Source of the DNA: Octopus vulgaris
Taxonomy: Eukaryota
NCBI GenBank assembly: GCA_951406725.2
Contig: OX597825.1
Coordinates: 80,228,001-80,292,000 of the forward strand
Length of the DNA stretch: 64,000 nucleotides
Direction of reading: 5' to 3'
In this document: positions 1-13,331 of the stretch, one piece after another
Position numbering within the stretch: position 1 is the first letter of the stretch
How the letters are laid out: each line of letters opens with the position of its first letter
Program-made: the position numbers and the translations under genes
The notes under the pieces: generated by a model
Seen by the model: the letters and a program-made list of their open reading frames with translations, nothing else
Told to the model about the DNA's origin: nothing
Databases searched by the model: none

Positions 1-257
1 CTTTGGCATTATTTTGTGTTTGAGAAGAAAACCCATGATGCCATGCAAAATCACAATCGTTGCAGAGACCAGTGTCACGCAAATGGCACCTGTGCCAGTG
101 GTATGTAAAAGCACCCATTGTACTGTTGGAGTGGTTGGTATTAGGAAGAGCATCAAGCTGTAGAAAACCATGTCAAATCAGACTGGAGTGCAGCCTCCCA
201 GCTTACCAGCCCTGGTCAAACCTTCCAACCCATGGATGCTACATGATGATGATGATA
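1..257 (+). mobile_element. Family C retroposon 3' part with (TGA)n tail
   Basis: Matches other copies in the window (ggagtggttgg..aggaagggcatccagctgtagaaa..catggatgct) and ends in tgatgatgatgat. Confidence 0.75.
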
Positions 258-309
258 TCTGTTTCTACCTACATTTCTTTAATTATCTGTCGTTATTATC
301 TTATATTTT

Positions 310-694
310 TAACTTATTTCAATCATTAAAGTGTGGCCATGCTGGAGCACCATTATCTTGAAGAATTTTTAGTTAAATGAATTGACCCCAGGACTTAATT
401 TTCTTTTTTTCTCTTTTAAACATGTCACTTATTTTATCAATCTCTTTTTGCTGAACTACTAACCAATGGGGACGTAAACACACCAATACCAGTTGCTAGG
501 TGGTCGTGGGGAACAAACATGGACAAACAGGATGGGCTTCTTTCAGTTTCCATCAACCAAATCCACTCACGAGGCTTTGATTGGCCATAGGCTATAGTAG
601 AAGACACTCACCCAAGGTGCCATGCAGAAGGACTGAACCCAGAACCATGTGGTTGGGAAGCAAGCTTCTTACCACACAGCCACACCTGCACCTA
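310..694 (-). mobile_element. Family A tRNA-derived SINE (diverged)
   Basis: Reverse-complement match to the copy at 11438-11843. Confidence 0.8.
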
Positions 695-1339
695 TGGATA
701 ATTTCCTCTTCCACCAGCATGGTACTGTTTCACCCAACTTGCAGCCATTTACATCACATACTCCAAATTTGATAGCATTTTCCTGCATCAATTTACCAAT
801 ATCTTTGATGCCTTACAATCAGTTGCTTTGCACTTTCAAAGAACTTTTGGGGTAAAAGATTCCTTATTTGAAAAACAGTTACGGGTTAGGAACAAGAAAA
901 GCATCCAGCTGTAAAATCCTGCCTCAAATAACTCCCCCACTGAACTAGTGTGTGTGTGCATGCACACACGTGTAGCTATAAACACAACACAACCCTATAT
1001 GAAATTGAAATTTGAAAAACACATAATTGTAAAGAAAAGGAAAAATTCTAAACAGATGACTGGTTTGTACTGAAAGCTGTTGTATTGTATTGTAGGCCAA
1101 CAATAAACGTATGAAAGGAGGAGGAGAATGAATAAAATATTTGAAAGCAGCCAAAATGTACAATGGACTATGTAAGAGAAACGACTATGAAACTATTTAG
1201 TGTAAAATTACTGAAATAACTTGTGTAGGACACTTTCTTTTCCTGCAGAATAAATACGTATACTACTGCATTCGTGATTTTAAAAAATGTCTTCCCTTAT
1301 CTCTGTCTGTCTACATCTCTGTATCTCTCTACTTAATTA

Positions 1340-1480
1340 TGTCTATCTATCTATCTATCTATTGAGCTACCTATCTATCTATCTATCTATTGAGCTGCCT
1401 ATCTATCTATCTATCAATCTATCTATGTCTGTCTATCTATCTATCTATGTTCATTTATCTACATCTCTATCTGCCTATCT
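1340..1480. repeat. (CTAT)n compound microsatellite
   Basis: Direct inspection. Confidence 0.95.
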
Positions 1481-1533
1481 TTGATATACATTAATTTCCA
1501 TGGAGACTGCCTTCATCTATGGAGTCTTTTTAA

Positions 1534-1755
1534 CCCATAAGCATTTAAACTGGCCATATCTGAGACCCAAATATTCAACCTGTTTTGTATTCAAACTAGC
1601 CAGATCCGGTCTTTCACACCTACCCTACAATGTCATATTAAAAATAAGCGATCACATCATTGAAATCTCAGAGCCATGAGATAATTCCTGATTAATTCAA
1701 AACAATGTGAATAAATAAGCATTACATTTGACAGATTGATCTGAATGCAAAAGGG
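1534..1755. mobile_element. piggyBac-type MITE
   Basis: TTAA|CCC...GGG|TTAA termini; imperfect terminal inverted repeats (TIRs) cccataagcatt / aatgcaaaaggg; related copies at 18227-18388 and about 47257-47468. Confidence 0.75.
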
Positions 1756-2118
1756 TTAAGGAATAAAGATTCCTGACTGCTTTATTGAAATATCCTGGTT
1801 TGGGGGAGAGTTATCCCATGTCTTAAGAGGTGACTGAAAGTGTTGGGGTCTAGAAGAGCATCCATCCATTAAACACTGCCTGCAAAAAAAAGAAAAAAAG
1901 TTGTCCCCAACCCATGCCAGCATGGAAAAGTGGATATGGTGACCTTGATGCAAATGATTGCTTTAAAACAACAACAACAACAACTAAAGATAGCAAACAA
2001 ACACCTAATGAATATCGTTCAATGTTACATCCCTCAAAACTCTACATCCATTTGGTTGAAGGGTCCTGCTTTGCAAGTTACTTGCTGACCCCACTAGTGT
2101 TGGTGTATGCCCTGTTAA

Positions 2119-2327
2119 CCCTTTCGTCACTGTATCTATTTTGAGATGCTCTGTGTTTCTTTCAATTAATCTTAAATATAAAAAATAACTTCGTTGTTAT
2201 TAAGCTAGTGTTAGGAACATAAATTGTGACTAAGGTTTGGTGGAAGATTTTAATTTAGCACTTTTGAAAACAAGACATTTGTACTACAGAGCCAGACGTG
2301 GTTTCAGCCAAGTTGGTACCAAAAGGG
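2119..2327. mobile_element. piggyBac-type MITE (second family)
   Basis: TTAA|CCCTTT...AAAAGGG|TTAA; inverted, internally deleted copy at 60605-60763. Confidence 0.75.
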
Positions 2328-2919
2328 TTAAGTAGTTGACATTAGGAAGGGCATCCAACTCTGGGAACTATACAAAAGCAGACACTGGAGCTTGGTTCAG
2401 TTCTCTGGTTTGTCTAACCCATGCCAGCAAGGAAAAAAAAAAGATTAATGATGTTACAACAACTGAACTCTTTTAAAAATACTTTTAGAAGGAAATTGAA
2501 AGAAAAATAATCAGAGCTTTAAAAGATTCACTACCAAAGCATCTGAGACCTCCATACTTGGTTCTATGATGTAAAACCATTTTAAAGAGATCTAAATTCA
2601 AACCTTCCATCAAAATGTTAATTTATTTTCCTAAGATTAGCTAAAAAAATGACAAAAGTTATTTTACGAAATTCTTCCTTATTTTTAAAATGAAATAAAA
2701 CCAGCGTTTTATTAGAAATATAGTAATGAAAGGATTGATAAGAGATAAGGAATCATTGTCTTTAAATTCCAGTTTGAATATAAAACATTGAATATTTGGG
2801 CCGGATATGGTCGGTTTAAACACTAAAGGGTTAACATGGCAAAATAATGGTTCCTTAAAGAGACATTCTTGAGAAATTAACCATTATGATAAATGGTGCC
2901 TTTTTCATGCCACTGACAC

Positions 2920-2950
<31 letters not shown>

Positions 2951-3865
2951 TTACTAGCAATCCAGACAGATGCAAAAAGAAAAAAATCTCTGATGACCTC
3001 CCTCTTCTATCACAAAAATGATCATCATTTTGATATCTACTTTTCTATACTTGCAGAATTCAGTGAAACAAACTTTTTACAGCAGGATGCCCTTGTCAAC
3101 CTTCACTTGTTTCCAAATTCTCATCATCATCATTTAGCTGCACCAGACCCCAGTCTGATTTGGCATGCTTTCTACGGCTGGATGCTCTTCCTAATGCCAA
3201 CCACTCCATGAGTGTAATGGGTGCTTTTTACATGCCACCGGCACGGGTGCCATCTGCATGACACTGGCATCTGCCATGATTGATTTTACTTGGTTTGATG
3301 GGGTCTTCTTCTCAAACACAAAATAATGCCAAAGGTCTTGGTCATTGTCTCCATGAGGCCCAAAACTCGAAAGGTGCTTTCTATGTGTGAGGTAATATAT
3401 TTTCACAGAAGATTGAAAGTGACTGACGCTGTTTGAATGACGGTGACACAACAATTATACGATGCCAGTACAAGGAGACACACACACAAACAGGCTTCCT
3501 TCAGTTTCCATTGACCAAATTCACTCACAAGCCTTTGCTCAGTTCAGGGTTTTAGAAGAAGAGACTTGCCCAAGATGTCACACAGGCAAATAGATTGAGA
3601 TATTGGAGTTTTAAGGCTGATAGATTTAAAAATCCTGCCCAGTGAAAAACCTGGCATCTACAGAAGTCTTTTAGGGGAATGATAAATGGTTCTTTTCAAA
3701 CAGCTGGAAAACTTTCAGATAAAATCTTTCTGACAATCAGGAGATAAATGTCTACCATTCATAAAATAGATTATTTTGCTTTTCTCTCTTTTAGAGAAAT
3801 TATCAAATTAGACTGAGGTTATTCAGCACTTTATTCAGAAAAGATAAAACTTATCACACATACAT

Positions 3866-4508
3866 ATCATCATCATTATCATTTAGCGTCCGCTTTCCAT
3901 GCTAGCATGGGTTGGACGGTTCAACTGGGGTCTGGGAAGCCAGAAGGCTGCACCAGGCCCAGTCTGATCTGGCAATGTTTCTACGGCTGGATGCCCTTCC
4001 TAATGCCAACCACTCCATGAGTGTAGTGGATGCTTTTTACGTGCCACCAGCACGGGGCCAGGCCAGGCTGGCAACGGCCACGATCAGATGGTGCTTTTTA
4101 CGTGCCACCGGCACGGGGGCCAGGTGAGGCTGGCAACAGCCATGATCGGATGGTACACAAATAATAATAACAACAACAACAACAACAATAATTGTCATTG
4201 TTTAACGTCTGCTTTCCATGCTGGCATGGGTTGGACGGTTTGACTGAGGGCTGGCAAGTCAGAAGGCTGCACTAGGCTCCAATCTGATCTGGCAATGTTT
4301 CTATGGCTAGATGCCCTTCCTAACGCCAACCACTCCATGAGTGTAGTGGGTGCTTTTCATGTGCCACTGGCATGAGAGCCAAGTCTAGTGGTACTGGCAT
4401 TGACCACGCTTGAATGGTGCTATTTACATGCCACCAGTGCAAGAGCTAGTCAGGTGGAAGTGGCAATGACCATGCTCAAATGGTGCCTTTTACATGCCAC
4501 TGACACGA
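3866..4508 (-). mobile_element. Two tandem family C retroposon copies with internal ~55-60 bp repeats
   Basis: Each starts on + with a tail then gtc(c/t)gctttccatgct; internal unit gtgcttttacgtgccaccggcacggg.. is repeated. Confidence 0.85.
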
Positions 4509-4916
4509 ATAATAATAATAATAATAATAATCCTTTCTAGAACAGGCACAAGACTTAAATTGTGGAAGAGGAGGTTATACGATTACATTGACCTCAGTAT
4601 TCAACTGGTACTTATTTTATAGACCCTGAAAGGATGAAAGGCAAAGTCAATCTTGATGGAATAATAATAATAATAATAATGGTTTCAAATTTAGGCAGGA
4701 GTTTTGAGGGAGGGTGGTCAGCCAATAACAACAACTCTAGTAATTCATTTATAACTGGTTTGTTATTGACACCCCACCCTCTGCCCCACTGAGGGGTGAA
4801 AGGAAAACTGACCTCAGTGGGATTTGAACTCAGAATATAAAGGGCCAAAAGAAAGACCCACCAGGGAATAACAAGATACAAATGCATAAATAAAGCTCTG
4901 AGTGTTGGGTTGTAAA

Positions 4917-5305
4917 TCCTTAAATTTTCTATTTGGATAAGGGATGTTTTGCAAACAACTTGCACATGGAAGTGCTACCAGTCGAGAACTCCACATACCG
5001 GAAGCCAGCAAGTGTATGGGGTCATCAGGAGAGAATGCATACCGTTTTGGGGCCAACCTCTCAACGGCATCAATGTGCACTGCTCCCCACATCACTGATA
5101 TGAGGCCCTATTTGCTAGATCAACTGGTTATCAAATAAAGATCAATATTCTTCTAGCTATCGCTCATCGTCTCTTTTTAACCAAATCCAGTGGCCAGCCT
5201 TCTCCACTGTATTTTGGATATGGTCATGGTGGTATTTACTTTATAATGAGTTAGGCCTAATGATAACAACAGTCGGCTCACACTATGTCCAACAAACCCT
5301 CTACA
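4917..5305 (-). mobile_element. Hero-like (RLE-clade) non-LTR retrotransposon: ORF C-terminus and 3' UTR, decayed
   Basis: Minus translation CRGFVGHSVSRLLLSLGLTHYKVNTT, frameshift, then QNTVEKAGHWIWLKRDDER*; fits the Hero C-terminal pattern GCRGF..S..RLL..LG...EKAS.WLWL.R as I recall it. Confidence 0.65.
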
Positions 5306-5961
5306 AAACAAATAAAAGTGGTGCATCAAAGATAAATTTACTTATGCCTCTTCACCTCCTCCACCTCATCCCCTGATGAGAAGGGGGAATTAAGTCCAGC
5401 AGAACCCATCCTTTTCCAGGCCTGAACAGAACTGATTGTGCATGTGTGTGTGTGTTTGAAAAAGCAGAAAAGAGAGAGAGACAGACAGACAGACAGAGGG
5501 TGGGGTTATGAACCATGAAAAATTGAACGGTGAAGTTCACAGCTGTGAAATTTGAACTAAGAGGGCAGAAAGTCAAACTAAATCTGGCCTAATTCGTCCT
5601 CTATTGTGATTTTATGAAGTGAAAATAGTCAGATAAAAAAAAACTTAAGCATGAAATAATAATAGTAAAATTCTAAAATTAACAGTAAATTGAATTGTGT
5701 TTTGTAAGGTTATCAGAGAAACAGGTAAAACAAATAAAATATTTTAATGACGGGGGGAGGGGGAATTTAATAAAATATACTTAAAATGTTTTCTTATGAA
5801 CAATGACCACGATACACATTGTTTGCCTTAATTTTAGGTTGACTTTTACAAAAGTTGACATAGATTAAGTATATAAATGGCAGCTTAACAGCAGTGAGGA
5901 TTGAAAACTCATTTTTGAAACACTGAAGAACAAAACAAAGACTATCACAAGACAAGTGTGA

Positions 5962-5996
<35 letters not shown>

Positions 5997-6008
5997 ATAG
6001 ACTGGAAT

Positions 6009-6044
<36 letters not shown>

Positions 6045-6324
6045 TGTATGTTTACATATATATGTATGTTTATATTTTCTAAGTTTGTCAAACTATATTG
6101 ACTTTTGCTGAACATGAGAGTGACTAATTATGTACTTGAAAACTTTTCTTGCAAAAAAAAAAGGAAAAAGAAATAATCTTTTTAAAAACTACAAAAAAGA
6201 AAGAAAGAATGAAAGTAAGTCTTTGTACCGAAAAAATTTTGTTAAATATATTTCTAATTGTACAGTGCACTGGTAACTACAAGTAATTAAACCAAAGATC
6301 GTTATGTAACAATATTCATCTCAC

Positions 6325-6465
6325 CTTATTGTGCAACTCCAAATGACCGGTCCGACATTTGCGGTACTTTTGGAAAATGCAGCAAGTCTTATACAACGGC
6401 GGTGGTCCATCTTTTACACAATATTTTATATCAAATGGACTACCATATTGCTGATAACAACACAT
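6325..6465 (-). CDS. Candidate coding exon, Cys-rich (MCCYQQYGSPFDIKYCVKDGPPPLYKTCCIFQKYRKCRTGHLELHNK), product unknown
   Basis: 47 open codons from ATG to a strong AAG|GTGAG donor in unique, CpG-containing sequence; no recognised homology. Confidence 0.3.
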
Positions 6466-6957
6466 TTGGACTTTTATCAATTCGACAACACCATTTCTGA
6501 ATTATATAAATTGTGGTTGACATGTGCAGAGAGAAGAAGAAGCCATCCTAGACATGTTTAAAGTCTTACATGAATTGAATTCCAGTAAAATGTTTAGCTG
6601 CCGCCACTTGGAGAATAAACCATTTCAAAAATGCTTGCAGGTTTGTTTTCATAAGTAGACTTGCAAAAACATCACATGCTCTGTTTTGTTTTTTTTTAAA
6701 CACTTTGATTTTACTCAAAGAAATATTTGCATGAAAAATATACAAAGGCCTTGTTCTTTCTTTCTTTCTTTTTTTTCTTTTTTTCGAAGCTCCCCAATTC
6801 ATTAATTAAAACTTGTCTTATGTAACTTCGGACTGCTTCCAACTGGTATAGTAATAATGATGTGTGTGTGTGTGATGTTGTTGTTAAGTTTGACAAAGTA
6901 GTTATGCCACTGAGCGTGTGTGTGTGTTTATCCAGCCTTAACGCACAAGATCTGTTG

Positions 6958-6989
<32 letters not shown>

Positions 6990-7745
6990 GGTGGTGTTGC
7001 TGCCGGGAAGGCTGGATTATAGTTGAAAGCATAATTTAAAATAATAACATCACTGACTTGTTGATTGTAATGGCAACCGACTGGAAATAGCAACAAGCGA
7101 GAGTGATAAAGTCACAAAAGTGGCCAGCAGTGTTTTATTTGTTTATTATCGACATACAAGGTTAGCTTCTTCCAAAAAGATAGATTTCTGAATGACATTA
7201 TTACCTTATATGTCTGTCTGTGTATACAATGTGTAGGTGTTGGTCAGAGGAGAGAGAGATAGAGGGAGAGAGAGAAAAAGATAGACAGAAGGAAAAAGAA
7301 AGAGAGAGTATGGGTGGTGGGGAGAGAGAGAGAGACACACAGAGAGCAGCACATAACAAAAGTAAAAAGCAACAACAACAAAAAAAAATTTGCAAATTTT
7401 TTTTAAAAAGCTGAAAAAAGAAAAAAAAAACCTGCAGCAATTATGTGGAGCTTGGCAAAGTATTTTATTTTGGCCTTCAATCAGGTAAAAACAATCAGGT
7501 AAAAAATAATTGAAGGAAGCAAACAGAAGAACGAAGCCAGATGGTTTTGGTTTAAATGACTTCTTCATCCTGTTAATATTTGTTTGTTTGATTAACAAAC
7601 CAAACAAGTAATTAAATACAGGTTAACGAAGATCAGTTTTACAATTAAAAACAATTGTTGTTACTTCTAACACATGAAGGCCATAAATTGTTTCGCTTCT
7701 TCTCAAGATTTTCATGCTCTGCTGAAAGATGAGACGGAACGGTTA

Positions 7746-8134
7746 CTCTTTTACTTGTTTCAGTCATTTGACTGTGGCCATGCTGGAGCGCTGCCTTTAG
7801 TCGAGCAAATCGACCCCAAGACTTATTCTTTGTAAGCCTAGTACTTATTCTATCAGTCTCTTTTGCCAAACCGCTAAGTTACGGGGACATAAACACACCA
7901 CCATCGGTTGTCAAGCGATGTTGGGGGACACAAACACACACAAACATATACATACATATATATATATATATGACGGGCTTCTTTCAGTTTCTGTCTACCA
8001 AATCCACTCACAAGGCTTTGGTCAGCCCGAGGCTATAGTAGAAGACACTTGCCCAAGGTGCCACGCAGTGAGACTGAACCCGGAACCATGTGGTTCATAA
8101 GCAAGCTACTTACCACACAGCCACTCCTACACCT
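7746..8134 (-). mobile_element. Family A SINE, full length
   Basis: Close reverse-complement match to 11438-11843. Confidence 0.9.
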
Positions 8135-9225
8135 AATATTCAACAACAATCTGCATGTAATATTTAAAAACATTCTTAGATGTAGATATGGTTGAATGGT
8201 TACAAAGTTTGTTTTCTACCTATGTGGTTTTGGGTTCAATCCCACTACACAGCACCTTGGGCAAGTGTCTCCTACTTTAACCAAGGCCCTGTGAGTGAAG
8301 TTGGAAGATGGAAACTGAACGAAGCCTATCACTTATGTGTGTGAGTGGGGGGTTGGGAGAATATTTTTTGTGCTTGGAAACAGGGGAGGGCTGGTGACAG
8401 GAAAGGCATCCAGCTGTAGGAAATCTGCTTCAAGGAATTCTGTATGATCCAAGCAAACACAGAAAAGTGGACAGCATGAAGTGATCCTACAACTGATATT
8501 GTTTTGTTAAGCACTGTACTTATTCTATCAGACCCCTTTGCTGAACTGCTAAGTTGCAGGGATGTAAACACACCAAAACCGGTTGTCAAGCAGTGGTGAA
8601 GGACAAACACACACACACACATCAGTTTTCTTTCAGTTTCTGTCTACCAAATCCTCTCTTAGGGCTTTGCTTGGCCTGAGGCTATAGTAGAAGAAAAGGC
8701 CCTTAGAGAATACTTATGACCCACAAGTGGACCACAGCTCACATGTCCCTGATCCTTGTATTCAGGGGGACGGCCTTTGGGGGCAACTAAATGTAGCTCT
8801 GTTACCTGTTAAAAGCAAGAGATGAAAGATGAATTGTTCTCAAATATCTCTAATACAGGTAGAGAAGCACCAAAGACCAAGAGACCCTTAGGCTGGTGGT
8901 CTGTAAAGCCATAATGGTTCAGTCAGATGTGATTCATACACCGATGGTCTAGGAGGAGTTAATGAACATAAAAACATAACAGACAGAGAAACATTGCTCT
9001 AGTTTAAAATGGGATAATAGGATTTTTTAAATACTGATTCACTACAAGGGTCCATTTGAGTAAAACTAGAAGCAAAGGGGTCCATAGGTTAAAAAATAGT
9101 TGAGAAAAACTTGTCTAAAGGGAAGAGGCATTCTCTGATGACAGAAAACAGCAATCAGATATTCCCATTTGAATCTGCCAGAACCCCTTTGATTGAAAAG
9201 ATGTGCTATTTTCATTTTAAAACAT

Positions 9226-9705
9226 CATCATCATCATCGTTTAATGTCCGCTTTCCATGCTAGCATGGGTTGGACGATTTGACTGAGGACTGGTGAACCA
9301 GATGGCTGCACCAGGCTCCAATCAGATCTGGCAGAGTTTCTACAGCTGGATGCCCTTCCTAATGCCAACCACTGCAAGTGTAGAGGGTGCTTTTACATGC
9401 CACTGGCACGAGGGCCAGTCAGGTGGTACTGGCAACGGCCAAACTCAAATGGTGTTTTTTACATGCCACCTGCACAGGAGCCAGTCCAGCGGCACTGGCA
9501 ACGATCACGCTCGAATAGTGCTTTTTACCTGCCACCGGCACAGAAGCCTGTTAGCTACTCTGGCAACAATCACACTCGGATGGTGCTCTTAGCGCTCCAC
9601 TAGCATGGATGCCAGTCATCGAATTTGATTTCGATTTCAATTTCACTTGCCTCAACAGGTCTTCGCAAGCAGAGTTTAGTGTCCAATGAAAGAAAGGTAC
9701 ACATA
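9226..9705 (-). mobile_element. Family C retroposon with 12-bp TSD
   Basis: (CAT)n tail, 3-4 internal units, TSD attttaaaacat at 9214-9225 and 9706-9717. Confidence 0.85.
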
Positions 9706-11437
9706 ATTTTAAAACATTTTGTTAAATTTCATCTTCCTTATGTTCCAAACATTATCGTATTAATGACAAAGTTATTTTACTAAATTCTTCATAATTCTCA
9801 AAATTCACTGAAACAAATGCAGTTTTATCTCGGCAAAGGGTTTAAAGGAAACCAAATCATCGCAGTTTCTCTTGAATTCTTCACTGCAGGAAGTCGGCAT
9901 CTTTTAAGATGTCTGAATAATCTAGAAGGTTAGGGAACATCACTTTAACTGGCGGGGGGGGGGAAATGATTGTATGATGGAAGAGTGAGGAGAGGGGGAA
10001 TTGAGAGGGGGGTATGGACACTGACATAATTATTAAAGTGACTATAATTATCTTGACAATGACGACCGTGATGACAGAACTGTGAGGGTTGTGTTAATAA
10101 TTAGTAAGGAGACATTTCAGATATTTTTGGTGAAATATTTGTGTATGAGAGGGAGGGGAAGAGAGAAGAGAAAGAAAGAGATAGAGGGTGAGAGAGGGGG
10201 AAAGAGAGATGGAGGGAGAGAGAAAGACAGAAAGAAAAATAGAAGGGGAAAAGAGAAATAGAGAGTGAGAGATAGAGATAGTGTGTGTGTGTGTTATGAA
10301 GATACTATTAATGTTAAAGAATGGAACAATTGAGCTTCTTTCTAAAAGTTCAGCTGTGATAGAATTTAGTTTGTCTGGAGAATCTGGAATGGTTATCTGA
10401 GTAAAATATTTATGTTGGAGAGAAAATATGAAGAAAAAGTTAAACAAAAAAAATGAAACAAAAATATTATTTTTACAAAGTTCTTTGTTTGTAACAGATA
10501 AAATGATTTGAGAGAGAGAGAAAGAAAGAGAGAGAGAGAGAGAAAGAAAGAGAGAGAGATAAAGAAGTCAGTGCGATAATGACATTATTTACATTATTGT
10601 TATTAATAGGTTTGAGGGGAGGGGGTATTTGGCCCAAATAGTAGAACAAATTACTAAAATAGATATTTAAATAGCATCTGGTGTGGTGGTGGTGGTGTTA
10701 GCTAGGGTGTATTTTTATATTGAATTTAGTTTACTCTTGACCACCACCCCCATCCCAATCACCCCCATTTCTATCCATCACTCACTCCCCTACCCCACTC
10801 TTGAAATCTATACTCATCCTTCTGGATCTTTCTATCCCCACCAATTCTCTCTCTCTCTCTCTCTTTCCTTCCCTCCCTCTTCTTCATCTACTTTGACATG
10901 TTACCTTGAGGGTACCCTCTGGCTTTGACTCCTTGGCACCAGCATCTTTTTCTCTCTTTCTAGTAGCATCACTTCACCCATATCCACCCCCACCCCACAC
11001 ACACCTATATATATATTGTGGAATAGTGGAGAGGAGGTAGCCCTAAATTACCCCCTACTCACCACACCCCTGCTCACATTGCTCTTTCTTCTTCCCCTCC
11101 ATAACCTGGGTGTTTCAGCTTCTCCTCCACCCTCAACACCCAACAATAAACCAATCCCCACCCCTTTAGCTTCACCTAAGATCATCATCATCTTTTCTTC
11201 TATTCTGATTCTCTGACTGATGAGTTCTTTAGTTTTTCAAACAAGAAGACAACCTCACCAATGCTGGTACTACAATAAAAGCATGCAGTACACACTTACA
11301 AAATGGTAGGCATTAGGGAAGGCATCCAGTCATGGATACCCTGCCGCCAAACTGAGACATTGGATCAAGACAGCATCCATTAACCGATCAGATCTTGTTG
11401 AACTATCCAATCCATGCCAGCAGAGAAAGTGGACATA

Positions 11438-11602
11438 GGCACAGGAGTGGTTGTGTGGTAAGTAGCTTGCTAACCAACCGCATGGTTCCGGGTTCAGTCC
11501 CACTGCGTGGCATCTTGGGCAAGTGTCTTCTGCTATAGCCCCGGGCCGACCAATGCCTTGTGAGTGGATTTGGTAGATGGAAACTGAAAGAAGCCTGTTG
11601 TA

Positions 11603-11643
<41 letters not shown>

Positions 11644-11843
11644 TTGTCCCCCTAGCATTGCTTGACAACCGATGCTAGTGTGTTTACGTCCCCGTCACTT
11701 AGCGGTTCGGCAAAAAAGACTGATAGAATAAGTACTAGGCTTACAAAGAATAAGTCCCGGGGTCGATTTGCTCGACTAAAGGCGGTGCTCCAGCATGGCC
11801 ACAGTCAAATGACTGAAACAAGTAAAAGAGAGAAAAGAGAGAG
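11438..11843 (+). mobile_element. Family A tRNA-derived SINE, full length (reference copy)
   Basis: A-box-like TGGTTGTGTGG, B-box-like GGTTCAGTCCC, core cttgggcaagtg, internal (TA)n, tail aagtaaaagag; more than 10 copies in the window. Confidence 0.9.
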
Positions 11844-13291
11844 ATATCAAGATGGTCAAATTCTACCAAATTGTCTTTGTTTTGTCTTCAAGAAATGCAT
11901 AAATTTAACAGTTTTGTTACCATATTTCTCTTAAAATACCTCACATCTCACCCTTGTTTGAAGTAATTTTGGAATAAATGAAGAATATAATAAAACAACT
12001 GCTGTTGTTTGGAACATAAATTAACATTAAATTTGGTAGACCTAGAGGCAGTCTTGGGTGGGCTGGTAATCAAAAGGGTTAATAAGTACCAATAAGAAAA
12101 TTAAATTCACAAGAACACTGTTACTCTACCACACACACACAAAAAAAGGGAAACCCACCCTCACCCTCTCTCTGCATTTGTCAAAGAAATCCATAATATG
12201 ATATGGAGTTCAAATGCTGTTGATGTTAACATGGCCTTTCCTCTCTATAAAATAGATAAAATCTGTACTTGTCCTAGAATTATCTTGAGGTGATCTTTGT
12301 AAAAATCTTGGCAATTTAAATAAACAAATTTGGTTGTGTTTTGAGAAGGTTTACAATGTCAGACTAAAGAATATACACGACTATTCTTCTCCAAGTACTG
12401 GTTGAGCCTAGAGACGAAATTCTGACACCCAAAGGCTGTCATTCCAACAATTAATAAATTTGTTCTGCAAAAATTGGTTCAATGCCTGCCTCATCTAAAG
12501 AAATCAATAGGTTTAGCTTAGCAATTTTTAATTTATGAAATATAAATAAAAATATTATTTCTAATTTAGGAACCAAGCCAGTAATTTCAAGGGGGGAGAG
12601 TAGACAATTAAATCAACCCCAATTATTTCATTTTATTAATCATTGATGGGAGGGGGATTCCAGTGGGATTTGAACTCAAAGAGAATAAATCGTTGGGGAG
12701 GAGGTATTTTTCTTATGTTCTAATGATTCTGTTAATCACCTACCACTAATGAAATACTGATTTCAAATTTTTGCCACAAGGGCAGCTTGGGGTGGGGGAT
12801 TAAGTCAACTCCAGTATTTCACTGGTACTTATTTAATCGACCCCAAAAGGATGTAAGTCAAAGTCAACCTCAGTGGAATTTGAACTCAGAACATAAAAGA
12901 TAGACAAAATACCACTAAGTATTTCGCCTAGTGTGCTTAATGATTCTACCAGCTCGCTGCCTTACCACTAATAAAATAATAAAATGATATCGTTAATTAA
13001 CTAAATCAAAACAACAACAAAAAAAATTATTAAAAAAAAAACTGGAGGGAAAATTAATTTTTTCCTTTCTATTATTTATAAATTATTTGCTTTCATTTCA
13101 AAAAAAAAAAAAAAAAAACTCTTTGTAATTAATACAATGATAAGAACAAGGTTAATTAGAATGTAAGGAGGTGGTAGCGATGGGTATAATATGCAGATTA
13201 TTGCAGTTTATAAAATATTTTATATTCCCTCTGCCCAGCCCCAGAAAAGGAAGAAAAAACAGCCATACACGAAGATGTCTGTTTATCTACA

Positions 13292-13331
13292 ATGAAGAAT
13301 GTTTTCCCTCTTTTGCTCGTTATCACGGTCT
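13292..13331 (+). CDS. Candidate first exon encoding a signal-peptide start (MKNVFPLLLVITV)
   Basis: ATG, basic residue, hydrophobic run, phase-1 T|GTGAGT donor; TATAAAA at about 13209; no downstream exon identified. Confidence 0.3.

Noticed and set aside
4020-4508. CRISPR-like spaced repeats
   Set aside because: Degenerate tandem units inside a eukaryotic retroposon; no unique spacers and no cas genes
5373-5400. CTGATGA word (also near 9135, 11217, 26914)
   Set aside because: No stem II plus GAAA arrangement, so not a hammerhead
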